From NCBI GenBank assembly GCA_965208835.1, contig OZ242358.1, positions 3,392,001 through 3,456,000 of the forward strand: DNA of 64,000 bases, given 5' to 3'. Every line of letters begins with the position of its first letter. Positions within the stretch are counted from its first letter, which is position 1. Positions 1-9,509 of this stretch are shown in pieces. Made by a program: the position numbers and the translations under genes. Below the pieces are notes generated by a model, which saw only the letters and a program-made list of their open reading frames with translations, was not told where the DNA came from and searched no databases. This DNA comes from Candidatus Latescibacterota bacterium. GTDB lineage: Bacteria; Latescibacterota; UBA2968; GCA-2709665.

Positions 1-660
1 AAAGTTAAGGATTTTCCCTCGACGGTCTTCCCAATTTCCGCCCGAAGTCTCAACGCCAATTTTCAAGCATTCGAACTCCGCGAATAGTTCATCCGTTAGG
101 CGTCTGCTGATGTGGTAGAATGCAACAAGGCCTCCGAATCCAGTTAGATTCTCACTTCGGGCGAATGGCTTGGTTGTAATCTCGTCCACGAACCAATCCT
201 GCCAATCAGCGCCCCTTTTTCTGCAGATTTCCCTTAGCGCGAGGTCAACATCATCTTGATAGAGATAAATGAGAACGGGTTTTAAGTGCCCGACTATAGC
301 CAGAACCGAATGCGCGAATTTCTTGATCTCGTCCCGCTCCACATTCGCCAGCAGTAGCTCTTCAATCGTACACTGGAAGATGCTGCTTTCAAGAATCGTG
401 ACGACATCCGATTCTTCGGCTCGATGTGCGAAAGAACGCCACTTGGCGAGCGTCGTTTCGATGAATTCACGTGTATCTTGGCCGTCCTCCAGTTCCGTGT
501 AGATGGGATGGTTGCTCTCGGATTCGTAGAACCACGTTGCCTTGAACCCATTCCGTTGAAGTTGCATGGCCAGATATTGCGCTGTTGTTGACTTGCCCGA
601 TCCCGGTAAGCCATCAATAAGGATCAGTTTCGAGGAGTGGGTCAACGGAGTCTTCACCAT
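1..660 (-). CDS. P-loop NTPase/kinase-like protein, 3' end beyond window (probable gene cassette ORF)
   Basis: Manual translation from ATG at 660: MVKTPLTHSSKLILIDGLPGSGKSTTAQYLA... (Walker A GxxGxGKS). Frame stays open to position 1, so it is absent from the ORF track; lower GC than the rest of the window. Confidence 0.75.
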   Translation of the reverse strand, partial: MVKTPLTHSSKLILIDGLPGSGKSTTAQYLAMQLQRNGFKATWFYESESNHPIYTELEDGQDTREFIETTLAKWRSFAHRAEESDVVTILESSIFQCTIEELLLANVERDEIKKFAHSVLAIVGHLKPVLIYLYQDDVDLALREICRKRGADWQDWFVDEITTKPFARSENLTGFGGLVAFYHISRRLTDELFAEFECLKIGVETSGGNWEDRRGKILNF

Positions 661-721
661 CAGAAATCGGCTCTTGGTCTCGTGCGTGCTGTATATGGTA
701 TGAGGGGGATGGGGCGATGGC

Positions 722-808
722 GGCTAACGTTCCGCGGGCTGCGAACCTGCCGCAGGCAGGTCTCCTACGGAGGTCGAATGGACGGAGCCGTGGGTGCTCG
801 TGTTATGC
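722..808 (-). mobile_element. attC-like integron recombination site
   Basis: On the minus strand GCATAAC (R'', overlapping the TAA stop of 803..1468), an 87-bp imperfect palindrome with internal hairpins, then GTTAGCC (R'). Confidence 0.5.
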
Positions 809-1468
809 GCCGGCATCCCTACCTACATAAAGATATTTCAACAAAAGACGTCCCAGCTCAGTAATCCTGACTGTATTCTCCGCTCCTTCACCGCGTACTT
901 GCGGGACGGCGTCAATCTCTGCGAGTCCTGTCATCAGTAGGGCTTGTCTGGTCTGAAGAGGGGGCTGCTGCCCTTCCCCAAGATCTCCTAGCAAAGAAAG
1001 ATCAGGCATATACGCCCGGTCTATCGAACCCGCAAGCCGCTGAAAGTCCTCATAAGCAAGTTCTTGCCGAAGATAGGCGCTGAAGAGTCGCCCAATGAGT
1101 TCCGGTTTTCCCATGTCATCAAGTCTGTCGAGCAGGAGAAGAAGATTCTCCTCAACTCTCTGTCGGAGGTCCACGTCCTCATCCATTCTGATTGAGAATT
1201 GAAGCCGTTCCCCGTGATCGAGTTCTGAGATGGGCCGAAGAAACCGTAGGATTTTCTTTACAAAGAGGTTACCCCTGATGTCATTGGCCGCACGATACAA
1301 TTTGACAGCCCATCCTACGACCGGGATGTCCCTGACAACGCCTTCCTCCAAGGCCGCATCCAAGATCTTCTCTATCCCCTCGGACGACATATCGGTAAGT
1401 TGTGGACTTGCCACGGTCCGTACGAGGGTATGTTCCTGCTCTTCGTTCATTGATCCTCCGGTGCTCAT
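803..1468 (-). CDS. hypothetical protein (probable gene cassette ORF)
   Basis: 221-aa ORF, lower GC, bounded by GTTATGG upstream and an attC-like site downstream. Confidence 0.7.
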   Translation of the reverse strand: MSTGGSMNEEQEHTLVRTVASPQLTDMSSEGIEKILDAALEEGVVRDIPVVGWAVKLYRAANDIRGNLFVKKILRFLRPISELDHGERLQFSIRMDEDVDLRQRVEENLLLLLDRLDDMGKPELIGRLFSAYLRQELAYEDFQRLAGSIDRAYMPDLSLLGDLGEGQQPPLQTRQALLMTGLAEIDAVPQVRGEGAENTVRITELGRLLLKYLYVGRDAGA

Positions 1469-1475
1469 TTTTTGC

Positions 1476-1500
1476 CCATAACTACTTTATTATCTAATAG
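1476..1500 (-). mobile_element. attI-like site / 5' cassette boundary
   Basis: Minus strand TATTAGATAATAAAGTA-GTTATGG: AT-rich lead-in to a GTT core; GTTATG is complementary to the CATAAC at the end of the same cassette. Confidence 0.4.
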
Positions 1501-1683
1501 TTACGACAATGGGTGCCTGATCCGAAGTTCTGCGAACGTTCGGGAACATTCCACGCTGAAGCTTGTAGCCCGAGCATGTTCAGGAATGCTTCCTATGGTT
1601 GCATCGTCTCTAATCAAAAGCTGCCTCCCATTCTTCCATCAATGCATCCAGCGAGCTCTGGAGAGTCACTCTCACAACAAGCA

Positions 1684-2430
1684 TCACCTCTCCCCCCACC
1701 GGTTCCGCAACTCGATGACGGTCAGCATGGTCACCTCACCCGTCGCTTCCAGCCCGGCATCCGCCTGAAACTTGCGCAGCGCCTCGCGGGTGGCGTCGTT
1801 CAGTTCTCCGTCAACCGGTCCGGTCTCGTATCCCATGCCATTCAGGATCATCTGCACCTCGTAGGTGTGCTCCGGTCCGGCGGCCATATCGGACGCTTCT
1901 TCGGCTTCTTCAGGTTTCTCTTCAACAACCGCCGTGTCCTCCGAGATCAGCACCCAGCGCAGGAGCCTGATTTCAAAGAAAACGGCGACGGTTCCCACCA
2001 TCCACAGCAGGCCGAACAGCAACGCAATCCCCCATCGTATCGCCAGGTCCCCTTCCCCGCCGGCCGACACGCCGGAGCGATCGAAGACTTCGGGCGCGAG
2101 CAGATAGCGCATGCACAGCCACAGCCCCGCATGCAGGATTGCGAGGACGACCGGCGTTCGGGCCGGAACCCTCAGAGGCGAACGCGAAGGACGCCAGAAT
2201 TGGGCGATTGCGAGGGTCCAGAGATCGACGAGGATCAGAAACAGGGGAAACGCCGCGAGGAAGCCCACGGCCCGGTCGGCGGCGGCGGGCTCCCGCATCC
2301 ATGCCCACCACGCCGGCCCCAGCAACGACACCGCCAGCACGATCCACGTGCCAAGGCGAAGCAGCTGCGCCGTTCTCGACCGCTCGGGAGCGGGTGCGGC
2401 GGAGCCTGTTTCTGGCTGCAATCGGTTCAC
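1684..2430 (-). CDS. membrane protein with C-terminal peptidoglycan-binding domain
   Basis: About four hydrophobic helices, then VQMILNGMGYETGPVDGELNDATREALRKFQADAGLEATGEV (PG_binding_1 pattern). Confidence 0.75.
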   Translation of the reverse strand: MNRLQPETGSAAPAPERSRTAQLLRLGTWIVLAVSLLGPAWWAWMREPAAADRAVGFLAAFPLFLILVDLWTLAIAQFWRPSRSPLRVPARTPVVLAILHAGLWLCMRYLLAPEVFDRSGVSAGGEGDLAIRWGIALLFGLLWMVGTVAVFFEIRLLRWVLISEDTAVVEEKPEEAEEASDMAAGPEHTYEVQMILNGMGYETGPVDGELNDATREALRKFQADAGLEATGEVTMLTVIELRNRWGER

Positions 2431-2545
2431 TTTCGTTCCTCCGCGGGGGCGTTCTTTCGTCTTGCCCTTCCGGGACGCGGATCACTTGGCTATATTGTAG
2501 AGTACACAACCCGGTCCGGACCCAATATCAAGCCGGCTGCATACC

Positions 2546-4672
2546 ATGAGTCCACAATCCGAAATTCTGGCCGTCGAACTGGTTGACGGCAACAAAATGG
2601 CGCACTATACCCGCGCCGGACGCGAGATCCATCCCTTCTCACCCTGGTTGCTGGTCGAGGCACCCGAGGAGTGCGACAGGGCGGGCCTGGCCGGCGTACG
2701 GAAGATAACTCACCTCAAGGGCGGCGGCCAGTTCCGGTTTCTGGTTCACTTCCACTCCTGGACCGATTTTCTGGATGCCCGAGGGCGTCTGTCAGCCGAC
2801 GGCATCGTCCATTTCGACTTCAACAACCCGGTCAAACAGCACCTGATGCTTTCCGGAAACACACTCTTTCGGGGCCTGCGTTACAATGACGCCCACCGCC
2901 TTCAGCTGGATATCGAGACCACCGGCCTCAATCCCGAAGCGCCGGACGCACGCATCATCCTGGTCGCGCTTTCCGATAACAGGGACTACGAGGAAGTGCT
3001 GGGCGCCAGGAAGACGTCCGAAGGCGCGCTGCTCGAGGCGCTGAACCACCGCATCCGGAGCCGCGACCCGGACATCATCGAAGGCCACAACATCTTTGAC
3101 TTCGACCTCAACTACATCCAGGTGCGCGCCCGCGCACTGAACGTCAGCCTGCCCTGGGGCCGCGACGGCTCCGAACTGAAAGCCGGGAACGGGAGGCGCC
3201 GCTACCGCGTGGGCGCCCGAAGTCCCACGTTTCGTCCCGCCACCATTCACGGCCGTCACATTATAGACACCTTTCACCAGATCCAGCGATTTGACATCGG
3301 CGGGCACCTGGAGAGTTACGGGCTGAAGAACGTCGTCCGTACGCTGGGCCTGGAGCGTGGGGACCGCGTCTTCGTCGACGGGCCCGATATCCGGAAGACC
3401 TGGCGTGACGATCCGGACAGGGTCGCGGACTACGCGCTGGACGACGTCCGTGACGTGCGCGCGCTGAGCGAAATGATCGCCACAACCGAGTTCTACCAGA
3501 CCCAGGTGCTGCCTTACCGGTTTCAGGATGCCGCAATAACCGGGCCGGGCGAAAAGATCAATGCCCTGATGATCGGCGCCTATCTCCGTCGCGGCCTTGC
3601 GGTTCCGAGGCCTGGGCACTCGGCGCCGTTCGGGGGAGGTTATACCGAACTCTTCGCCACCGGCGTCTTCAGCCAGGTTGTCAAGGCCGACGTGGAGAGC
3701 CTCTATCCTTCAATTATGTTAAACTACGGCATTCGACCTGCTTCCGACACAGAAAACGTGTTCCTGCCCATGCTGCAGCGCCTGACCGGACGACGTCTCG
3801 AGGCGAAAGCCGGCCTGAAGGAGGCGCAAAGCGATGCCGACCGGTCTTACTGGGACGGGCTGCAGGGAAGTTACAAACTCCTGATCAACTCGTTTTACGG
3901 GTATCTGGCTTACGGAAGGGCGAATTTCAACGATTACAAGGCGGCGGCACGCGTCACGGGTCATGGCCAGCAGATCGCCAGGCAGGTTGTGACGATGCTG
4001 CGGGCGAGGCAGGCACGGCTCATCGAAGCCGATACCGACGGCGTGTATTTCGTCGTGCCCCCGGGAGTCCGATCGGAAAGTGAAGAGCACGATTTCGTGG
4101 AAGCGCTGTCCCGGGAACTGCCCGACGGCATCCGTCTTTCCCACGACGGCAGGTTCCGGGGCATGCTCAGCCTCAAAGCCAAGAACTACGTTCTGGTCGA
4201 TTACGACGGACGCCTCATCGTCAAGGGCAGCAGCCTGCGCAGCCGCCGTGACGAACGGGTTTTCCGTGAGTTCGTCCGGAAGCTCGCCCCGCTGCTGATC
4301 AACCGGAAGTCCGATGCCGCTTCGGCCCTGTACACGCAGTTCGCCGACCGACTTGGGGCGGGGCAATTCGATCAGAGAGATATATGCCGCAGGGAGACCG
4401 TTACCGAGAAGACGTTTTCGAATCCGAACCTGAGGCGGCTGGCCGCCGCCGCGGAGGGATGTAAAGCGGGTGACAGGATTGCGGTGTACCAGAGAAGCGA
4501 CGGCAGCCTGGCACGAATCGAAAACTATGACAACGACGAAGACAGGGGATACCTGTTGCGCAGGCTGCACGATATGGCGGGACGCTTCCGCAGCCTCTTC
4601 GGCGACATCGAATTCGATCGACTCTTTCCACTCCGGAAACAACCCGCGGGCAGACAACTCAGTCTGTTCTAG
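2546..4672 (+). CDS. polB: family B DNA polymerase (Pol II-like) with 3'-5' exonuclease
   Basis: Exo motifs LDIETTG, NIFDFD, YALDDV; polymerase motifs DVESLYPS, KLLINSFYGY, DTDG; C-terminal QLSLF clamp-binding motif. Confidence 0.92.
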   Translation: MSPQSEILAVELVDGNKMAHYTRAGREIHPFSPWLLVEAPEECDRAGLAGVRKITHLKGGGQFRFLVHFHSWTDFLDARGRLSADGIVHFDFNNPVKQHLMLSGNTLFRGLRYNDAHRLQLDIETTGLNPEAPDARIILVALSDNRDYEEVLGARKTSEGALLEALNHRIRSRDPDIIEGHNIFDFDLNYIQVRARALNVSLPWGRDGSELKAGNGRRRYRVGARSPTFRPATIHGRHIIDTFHQIQRFDIGGHLESYGLKNVVRTLGLERGDRVFVDGPDIRKTWRDDPDRVADYALDDVRDVRALSEMIATTEFYQTQVLPYRFQDAAITGPGEKINALMIGAYLRRGLAVPRPGHSAPFGGGYTELFATGVFSQVVKADVESLYPSIMLNYGIRPASDTENVFLPMLQRLTGRRLEAKAGLKEAQSDADRSYWDGLQGSYKLLINSFYGYLAYGRANFNDYKAAARVTGHGQQIARQVVTMLRARQARLIEADTDGVYFVVPPGVRSESEEHDFVEALSRELPDGIRLSHDGRFRGMLSLKAKNYVLVDYDGRLIVKGSSLRSRRDERVFREFVRKLAPLLINRKSDAASALYTQFADRLGAGQFDQRDICRRETVTEKTFSNPNLRRLAAAAEGCKAGDRIAVYQRSDGSLARIENYDNDEDRGYLLRRLHDMAGRFRSLFGDIEFDRLFPLRKQPAGRQLSLF

Positions 4673-5922
4673 GAACCTTGCCCGGCCGTGTGACCATAGG
4701 AAACCTCTCTACGGCTTCCCACAAGCCACCATAGCACAACACCCATCGCACATCCGGAGACAGCAGGAACAGACGCCGTCAACACGGGGCCCTGGTATTG
4801 GTACGCGAAGACACTCGCGACCACGCCAACGACAACCAGGACCACCATCCACAGGGCCGCACGACCCTGATCGTGGGCAGCCAGAAGCCCGGTGTGCGCC
4901 AGGCCGCACAGCACAAAGGGCGGCACGCACCACACCAGTTGCATTGCGAACGGCAGCGCAGGAAGCCAGGCCTTCCCGAGAAGCCAGGTTATCGCGGGTC
5001 CAAGCATCAGTTGAACCGCCACCGAAACCGCAATGGCAATGCCCGTCAGCGTGACGGCGGACCGGACGACGAGCTTCATGAACGCCTGCCGATCGGGCAG
5101 CCGTGTGCTCAGGGCGGGCAGCACGGCCTCGAAACTCGCACCTGTCAGAATGAGCAGCGCCGCCGCCAAGCGGTACCCGACGGCCAGGTAACCGGCTTCG
5201 GCGCCGCCTCCGGTCTGATAATAGATCGTGAGGTAATTCAGACTCAACAGGTTTATCAGGTAATACACCGCGGGGAGATGTTTCAACCCGTCCACGATCC
5301 GGCGTGGATTGAATCCAGGTCGAAGAACAGGCCCGAGTTCACCCGCCACCCTCCGGACAAAGACGTATCCGGCCGCGAGATAGCCTGCACGACAGACCAG
5401 GTAGCACGTTGCGACGCCGGCAAGACCCCAGCCGGCAAACATCGCACCGACCCCGCTCGCCAGCAGGAGAACGTTAAGCCCCATCATCAGAAGGGCGCAG
5501 TATCCGGACCGCTGGAGACCCTTGAACACCGCGTTGAGCCCGTCCCCCATGCTCAACGAAACCGTGGAAACGCCCACGAGCAGCGTGGCCAGCGTCACCT
5601 CCGATCCTGCGCCGATCGCCCAGGCAACACCAGCCATAACCGCCAGCACCGGGAGCGCCAGCGCCAGCTTGAACGATAGCGCCTCCAGGCACGCAATGCG
5701 TCCGTCCGCCGGGCTGGATGCAGAGGCCTTGATGATCCGGTTGTTCGTTCCCGCATCCAGAATCGGCACAAAAAAAGCGGTCAGGCCGATGACAAAAACG
5801 TAGTCGGCCAGTCCGCTCTCCCCGAGAAGCCGCGCCACGCCCACGAGAAGCAGCATCCCCCCAAGCAGGTGAGCGGCTTTCTCCACGGTGATATAGACCG
5901 AATTTTCCGAAACCCGCGTCAA
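4669..5922 (-). CDS. oligosaccharide flippase (Wzx/MOP family)
   Basis: Many TM helices, N-terminal RVSENS...ARLLG pattern; start moved to TTG 5922 (GGAGG upstream, after the terminator hairpin). Confidence 0.75.
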   Translation of the reverse strand: MTRVSENSVYITVEKAAHLLGGMLLLVGVARLLGESGLADYVFVIGLTAFFVPILDAGTNNRIIKASASSPADGRIACLEALSFKLALALPVLAVMAGVAWAIGAGSEVTLATLLVGVSTVSLSMGDGLNAVFKGLQRSGYCALLMMGLNVLLLASGVGAMFAGWGLAGVATCYLVCRAGYLAAGYVFVRRVAGELGPVLRPGFNPRRIVDGLKHLPAVYYLINLLSLNYLTIYYQTGGGAEAGYLAVGYRLAAALLILTGASFEAVLPALSTRLPDRQAFMKLVVRSAVTLTGIAIAVSVAVQLMLGPAITWLLGKAWLPALPFAMQLVWCVPPFVLCGLAHTGLLAAHDQGRAALWMVVLVVVGVVASVFAYQYQGPVLTASVPAVSGCAMGVVLWWLVGSRREVSYGHTAGQGS

Positions 5923-5949
5923 CGTTCCCTCCGACGTTGCCGGAAACAG

Positions 5950-5975
5950 GAAAAGCAGGTCAGCGCCTGCTTTTC
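5950..5975 (-). terminator. intrinsic terminator hairpin
   Basis: GAAAAGCAGG-N6-CCTGCTTTTC perfect stem followed by CTGTTT on the minus strand. Confidence 0.6.
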
Positions 5976-6009
5976 GAGTCATTACCTGACAGCCCGTTGA
6001 GAATGGCCT

Positions 6010-6708
6010 TCAGAAATCGAACCCCAGACGGTCGTCCACGCGTACGGTCACGGTGTCGGGTTCACTTGTAATCGCACCTTCGGCAACAACGATATCGTCA
6101 CGGACGCGCAGTTCGAAAACAAAGTCGGCCGGCGCAACGGCCCTGAAAACCGGCATGCTGTTCTCGGCGTCGAAATCGACACCGGGACCGTCGAGCTGCG
6201 TCCAGGCATACCGGAGCGGGTCCCGGTCCGGGTCCGAACTCCCCGTTCCGTCCAATGTCACGCGGAGTCCGCTCCCGTACGCGATCGTGCGATCCAACCC
6301 CGCATCCGCCACGGGCGGTCCCTGGGTGACATGGATTTCGACCATCCCCTCCGTTATGGTGCCTGATTTTCCGTCGTCGACTTCAACCTTGAGCGTATAG
6401 ACGCCCGTCACGATAGGCGCGACCCAGACCACGGTCACCGAATCCTGAAAGAGCCCTCTCAAAGAATCCTGGTTGCTGGCCGCGAACTGCCCGCCCTCTT
6501 CCCTCTTGAGGTCCGTCCACAGATAGTCCAGTTCGTCGTTGTCCGCGTCTGAAGTGAAGAGCGTAATCTGGACCTCGCTTCCGCGTCCAACGGACGGATG
6601 GTCATCCTGGTCCGTGGTTAGCTCCACGATCTGCGGCTGTTCCTGTCTGTCCAGCAGGCCACATCCTGTGAGGATAGTCAGACAGACCAACACCAGTGAC
6701 CAGCGCAC
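6010..6708 (-). CDS. lipoprotein with PKD/Ig-like domains
   Basis: Lipobox LTGC after GTG 6708; PVADAG..., LDGTGSSDPDRDPLRYAWTQLDGP PKD-like repeat. Confidence 0.7.
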   Translation of the reverse strand: MRWSLVLVCLTILTGCGLLDRQEQPQIVELTTDQDDHPSVGRGSEVQITLFTSDADNDELDYLWTDLKREEGGQFAASNQDSLRGLFQDSVTVVWVAPIVTGVYTLKVEVDDGKSGTITEGMVEIHVTQGPPVADAGLDRTIAYGSGLRVTLDGTGSSDPDRDPLRYAWTQLDGPGVDFDAENSMPVFRAVAPADFVFELRVRDDIVVAEGAITSEPDTVTVRVDDRLGFDF

Positions 6709-6916
6709 GATATCCCTCGGCGAAAAATTGGCAGGCGGGACAGATCCGTGTATAGGGTCCGTCCGGGCTTCGCTGCAACATTGACGGAGCCGGGACGGAA
6801 CACCCGTTCTGACTCTCTGGCCGCTATTGAGTTCCATCAAACGCGCGGGATTGTCTGAGAACGCCGGCGCGGAAACGGGGCGTCATCACGAGGACAACGA
6901 TCGAGCTTGAGTTTAT

Positions 6917-6942
6917 CAGCCCGTTAAAAAAGTCCATCCGGG
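6917..6942. repeat. MITE family A end fragment
   Basis: CAGCCCGTTAAAAAAGTCCATCCGGG is the exact reverse complement of the right end of the 21896..22055 element. Confidence 0.7.
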
Positions 6943-6947
6943 GAAGC

Positions 6948-7580
6948 TCAGTTTCTTTCCTTCAACAACATCCTCATGTCGGGCAGGAGTTTCTTCACGA
7001 GACCGGGATCGGTCCCGTCGTAGTATGCCCGGACCCGCCCCTTTCTGTCCACCAGCGCAAAGCGCAGGCTGTGCATAATCTGGTCCGTGCCTTCTTCCAC
7101 GCCTCCCACACCCAGTTGAAAGCCGTTACGAATGACGCTGTACACACCGGGCTTCTCGCCTGTCAGAAACAGCCAGCGATCCGCATCCGCCAAGTAGCGG
7201 TCCGCATACCCGGAGAGCACCTCGGGGGTATCCCGCTCCGGATCCACGGAAAAAGACACGAGGCGCGCGTCCGGATATTTCCTCAGCGGCGCCTGGAGCG
7301 CCTGCATTTTCGCCGAAAGCAACGGACACGGACCCGCGCAGTGCGTGAAGATGAAGTCCGCGACCCAGACGCGGCCGAGCAGTTCCGAGAGACCCATCTG
7401 CCTGCCGCTGCGTTCCACGAGCAGGAAGTCAGGAACCTCGCCCAGAACCGGCATGCGCTGCGATTGGGCACGTATGGCCTTGAGTTCGCGCAGGAACAGA
7501 AACGTCCCCACGGTCAGCATCAATAGCGTCGCGCCGGCGAGCACCAGCCAGAAAACGCGAACCTGTCTGGGTACACCCAT
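6948..7580 (-). CDS. SCO1/SenC copper chaperone
   Basis: FIFTHCAGPCP (CxxxC), SVDPERDTPE, conserved His in IMHS; N-terminal TM anchor. Confidence 0.92.
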   Translation of the reverse strand: MGVPRQVRVFWLVLAGATLLMLTVGTFLFLRELKAIRAQSQRMPVLGEVPDFLLVERSGRQMGLSELLGRVWVADFIFTHCAGPCPLLSAKMQALQAPLRKYPDARLVSFSVDPERDTPEVLSGYADRYLADADRWLFLTGEKPGVYSVIRNGFQLGVGGVEEGTDQIMHSLRFALVDRKGRVRAYYDGTDPGLVKKLLPDMRMLLKERN

Positions 7581-7585
7581 CGGTA

Positions 7586-8395
7586 TTATCGCACTCCTTC
7601 CCGCCGTCTGATCACACCCAGAGAGATGCCCAACGTCAAGAGAACGAACAGGCACGTCACAAGAAGACACACTTCGAACGGCGGGATCCCTCCCGCCAGT
7701 TCAGGCGCTTCCAGGTACAGGGCATGCCGTACGCCGGCAACACCATAGGTCAATGGATTGATCCGCATCAGCCAGCCGAGCCATTCCGGCACGCCGGAAA
7801 GTGGAAACAATGCCCCGGAGAGCGCCCACATCGGCAACAGGAACAGGTTCATAATCGCGTGGAACCCGGCCGTGGACGCCATTTGCCACGCGATTGCGAA
7901 CCCCAGACCTGTCAGCGCCAGACCCACCAGGAACAGGAACGCCACCGTTGCCGCGAGCGCAAAAGGGCTGACCGGAATGTCAAGCTGGTATACGAACAGC
8001 AGGAATACCATGCCTTCCAATACCGCCAGCGTCGTTCCGCCCATCACTTTGCCGATCACCACGCCGCTCCGCGAAACCGGCGCGACCAGCACGGACTGCA
8101 TAAACCCCTCACGCCGGTCTTCGACCACCGAAATCGTGGAAAAGATCGCAGTGAAGAGCAAAACCATAAGGAGCGCGCCCGGATAGATATATTCCAGGTA
8201 GCTCATCGTTCCCGATGTGCCCGCGGGTGCGAATGACGCGCTCATTCCGATGCCCAGCAGCAGCCAGAACACGAACGGTTGCAGGATCGCGCCAAGCAGC
8301 CGATGCCGGTCTCTGGCGAATCTCACGAGTTCCCGCTTCCACAGTGTGGCCGCCGGGAGGATAAACCCTTCGCCACGCGTTGCCTCATCCGGCAT
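7586..8395 (-). CDS. ABC-2 type transporter permease
   Basis: Six TM helices, DRREGFMQSVLVAPVSR, INPLTY motif. Confidence 0.9.
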   Translation of the reverse strand: MPDEATRGEGFILPAATLWKRELVRFARDRHRLLGAILQPFVFWLLLGIGMSASFAPAGTSGTMSYLEYIYPGALLMVLLFTAIFSTISVVEDRREGFMQSVLVAPVSRSGVVIGKVMGGTTLAVLEGMVFLLFVYQLDIPVSPFALAATVAFLFLVGLALTGLGFAIAWQMASTAGFHAIMNLFLLPMWALSGALFPLSGVPEWLGWLMRINPLTYGVAGVRHALYLEAPELAGGIPPFEVCLLVTCLFVLLTLGISLGVIRRREGVR

Positions 8396-9326
8396 GCCCG
8401 CCCTCCGCCGTCTCGAACGGACGCCCCGTCTCCCGTATGAACACATCCTCCAACGTGGGCCGTCCCAGTCTGATTGCAGAGATCCGTTCCCGGAAACCGG
8501 CGTACAGCGAAGCCATCATCGCCTGCCCGTCGTCGCATTCAATCCGTACGGTGCCGTCCACAAGTGTCGTTGTAACGCTCACCTGCGCTTCGATTTCCGC
8601 CCTCAGTACCTCTGTTTGTTCGGCTTCGATCACCAGAACGTCCTTGTTCATCGATCGCTTCAGCTCGTCCGGCGCACCCTGCGCGACAAGCCGCCCCCGG
8701 TCCAGTATGCCCACGCGGTCGCATCGCTCCGCCTCCTCGATGAAATGCGTGGTCAACAGTGCGGTGACACCCTGTTCCTCACGAAGCTTCCGCAAATCGT
8801 CCCACAGCGTTCTGCGGGCGAGCGGGTCCAGTCCGCTGGAGGGTTCGTCAAACAACAACAGTTCCGGCCGGTGCAGCAGTCCTCTTGCCAGATCCACGCG
8901 CCTCCGAAGTCCGCCGGAAAGCTCCTCCGTCCTGTCGTTCTCGCGATCCGTGAGGCCGACGCTCCGGAGAATTGATTCGATCCGCTCTTTTAAGGCGCGC
9001 CCGCGCAGACCATACAGATGGCCCTGATGGCGCAGGTTTTCAAGAACCGTCAGCTTGAGGTCCAGGCTGGCATTTTGAAACACGACCCCGATTCGCGCAC
9101 GTATTTCCGCGGAATCACGAAGAATATCGCGGTCCAATATGCGAACGGTTCCTTCCGAGGGTTCGAGGAGCGTGCTCAGGATGCGAAACAGCGTCGTCTT
9201 CCCCCCGCCGTTCGGGCCCAGCAGGCCGTAGATTTCCCCCTTCTCGATTCGGAGGTCGATTCCGTCGAGCGCAATCCGGCTTCCGTAGCAATGGCGCAAC
9301 CCGGCAACTGCGATGGCAAGCGGCAC
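8385..9326 (-). CDS. ABC transporter ATP-binding protein (DrrA/NodI-like)
   Basis: GPNGGGKTT, LSGG, LLFDEP, TTH. Confidence 0.93.
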   Translation of the reverse strand: MPLAIAVAGLRHCYGSRIALDGIDLRIEKGEIYGLLGPNGGGKTTLFRILSTLLEPSEGTVRILDRDILRDSAEIRARIGVVFQNASLDLKLTVLENLRHQGHLYGLRGRALKERIESILRSVGLTDRENDRTEELSGGLRRRVDLARGLLHRPELLLFDEPSSGLDPLARRTLWDDLRKLREEQGVTALLTTHFIEEAERCDRVGILDRGRLVAQGAPDELKRSMNKDVLVIEAEQTEVLRAEIEAQVSVTTTLVDGTVRIECDDGQAMMASLYAGFRERISAIRLGRPTLEDVFIRETGRPFETAEGGHAG

Positions 9327-9338
9327 AGGGACTCCTCA

Positions 9339-9420
9339 GAAGCTGTCTTTAAACTCCCAGCGGTCTTCGCGCGGCTGCCGGAACGACGGCGCGAGACACC
9401 GGGAACGTTCAAAGCCGCCG
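9339..9420. repeat. MITE family B degenerate copy
   Basis: GAAGCTGTCTTTAAACTCCCAGCGGTCTTCGCGCGGCTGC matches the left end of 53613..53800; right end degenerate. Confidence 0.6.
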
Positions 9421-9509
9421 CATGTCGGAAACCGACGCGATCCCAAAAGAGAAAGGTGATAGGCAACCCCTATCACCTGGCAATACCCGGTTTGCGTCGA
9501 CCGACCCGA

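Noticed and set aside
2425-2510. Possible SOS box upstream of polB (GTTC-N6-GTTC; TGTA-N3-TACA)
   Set aside because: Spacing matches no LexA consensus I know; too short to support.
1513-2586. 357-aa plus-strand ORF at the position expected for intI
   Set aside because: No tyrosine-recombinase R-H-R-Y motifs; antisense to the peptidoglycan-binding protein gene.
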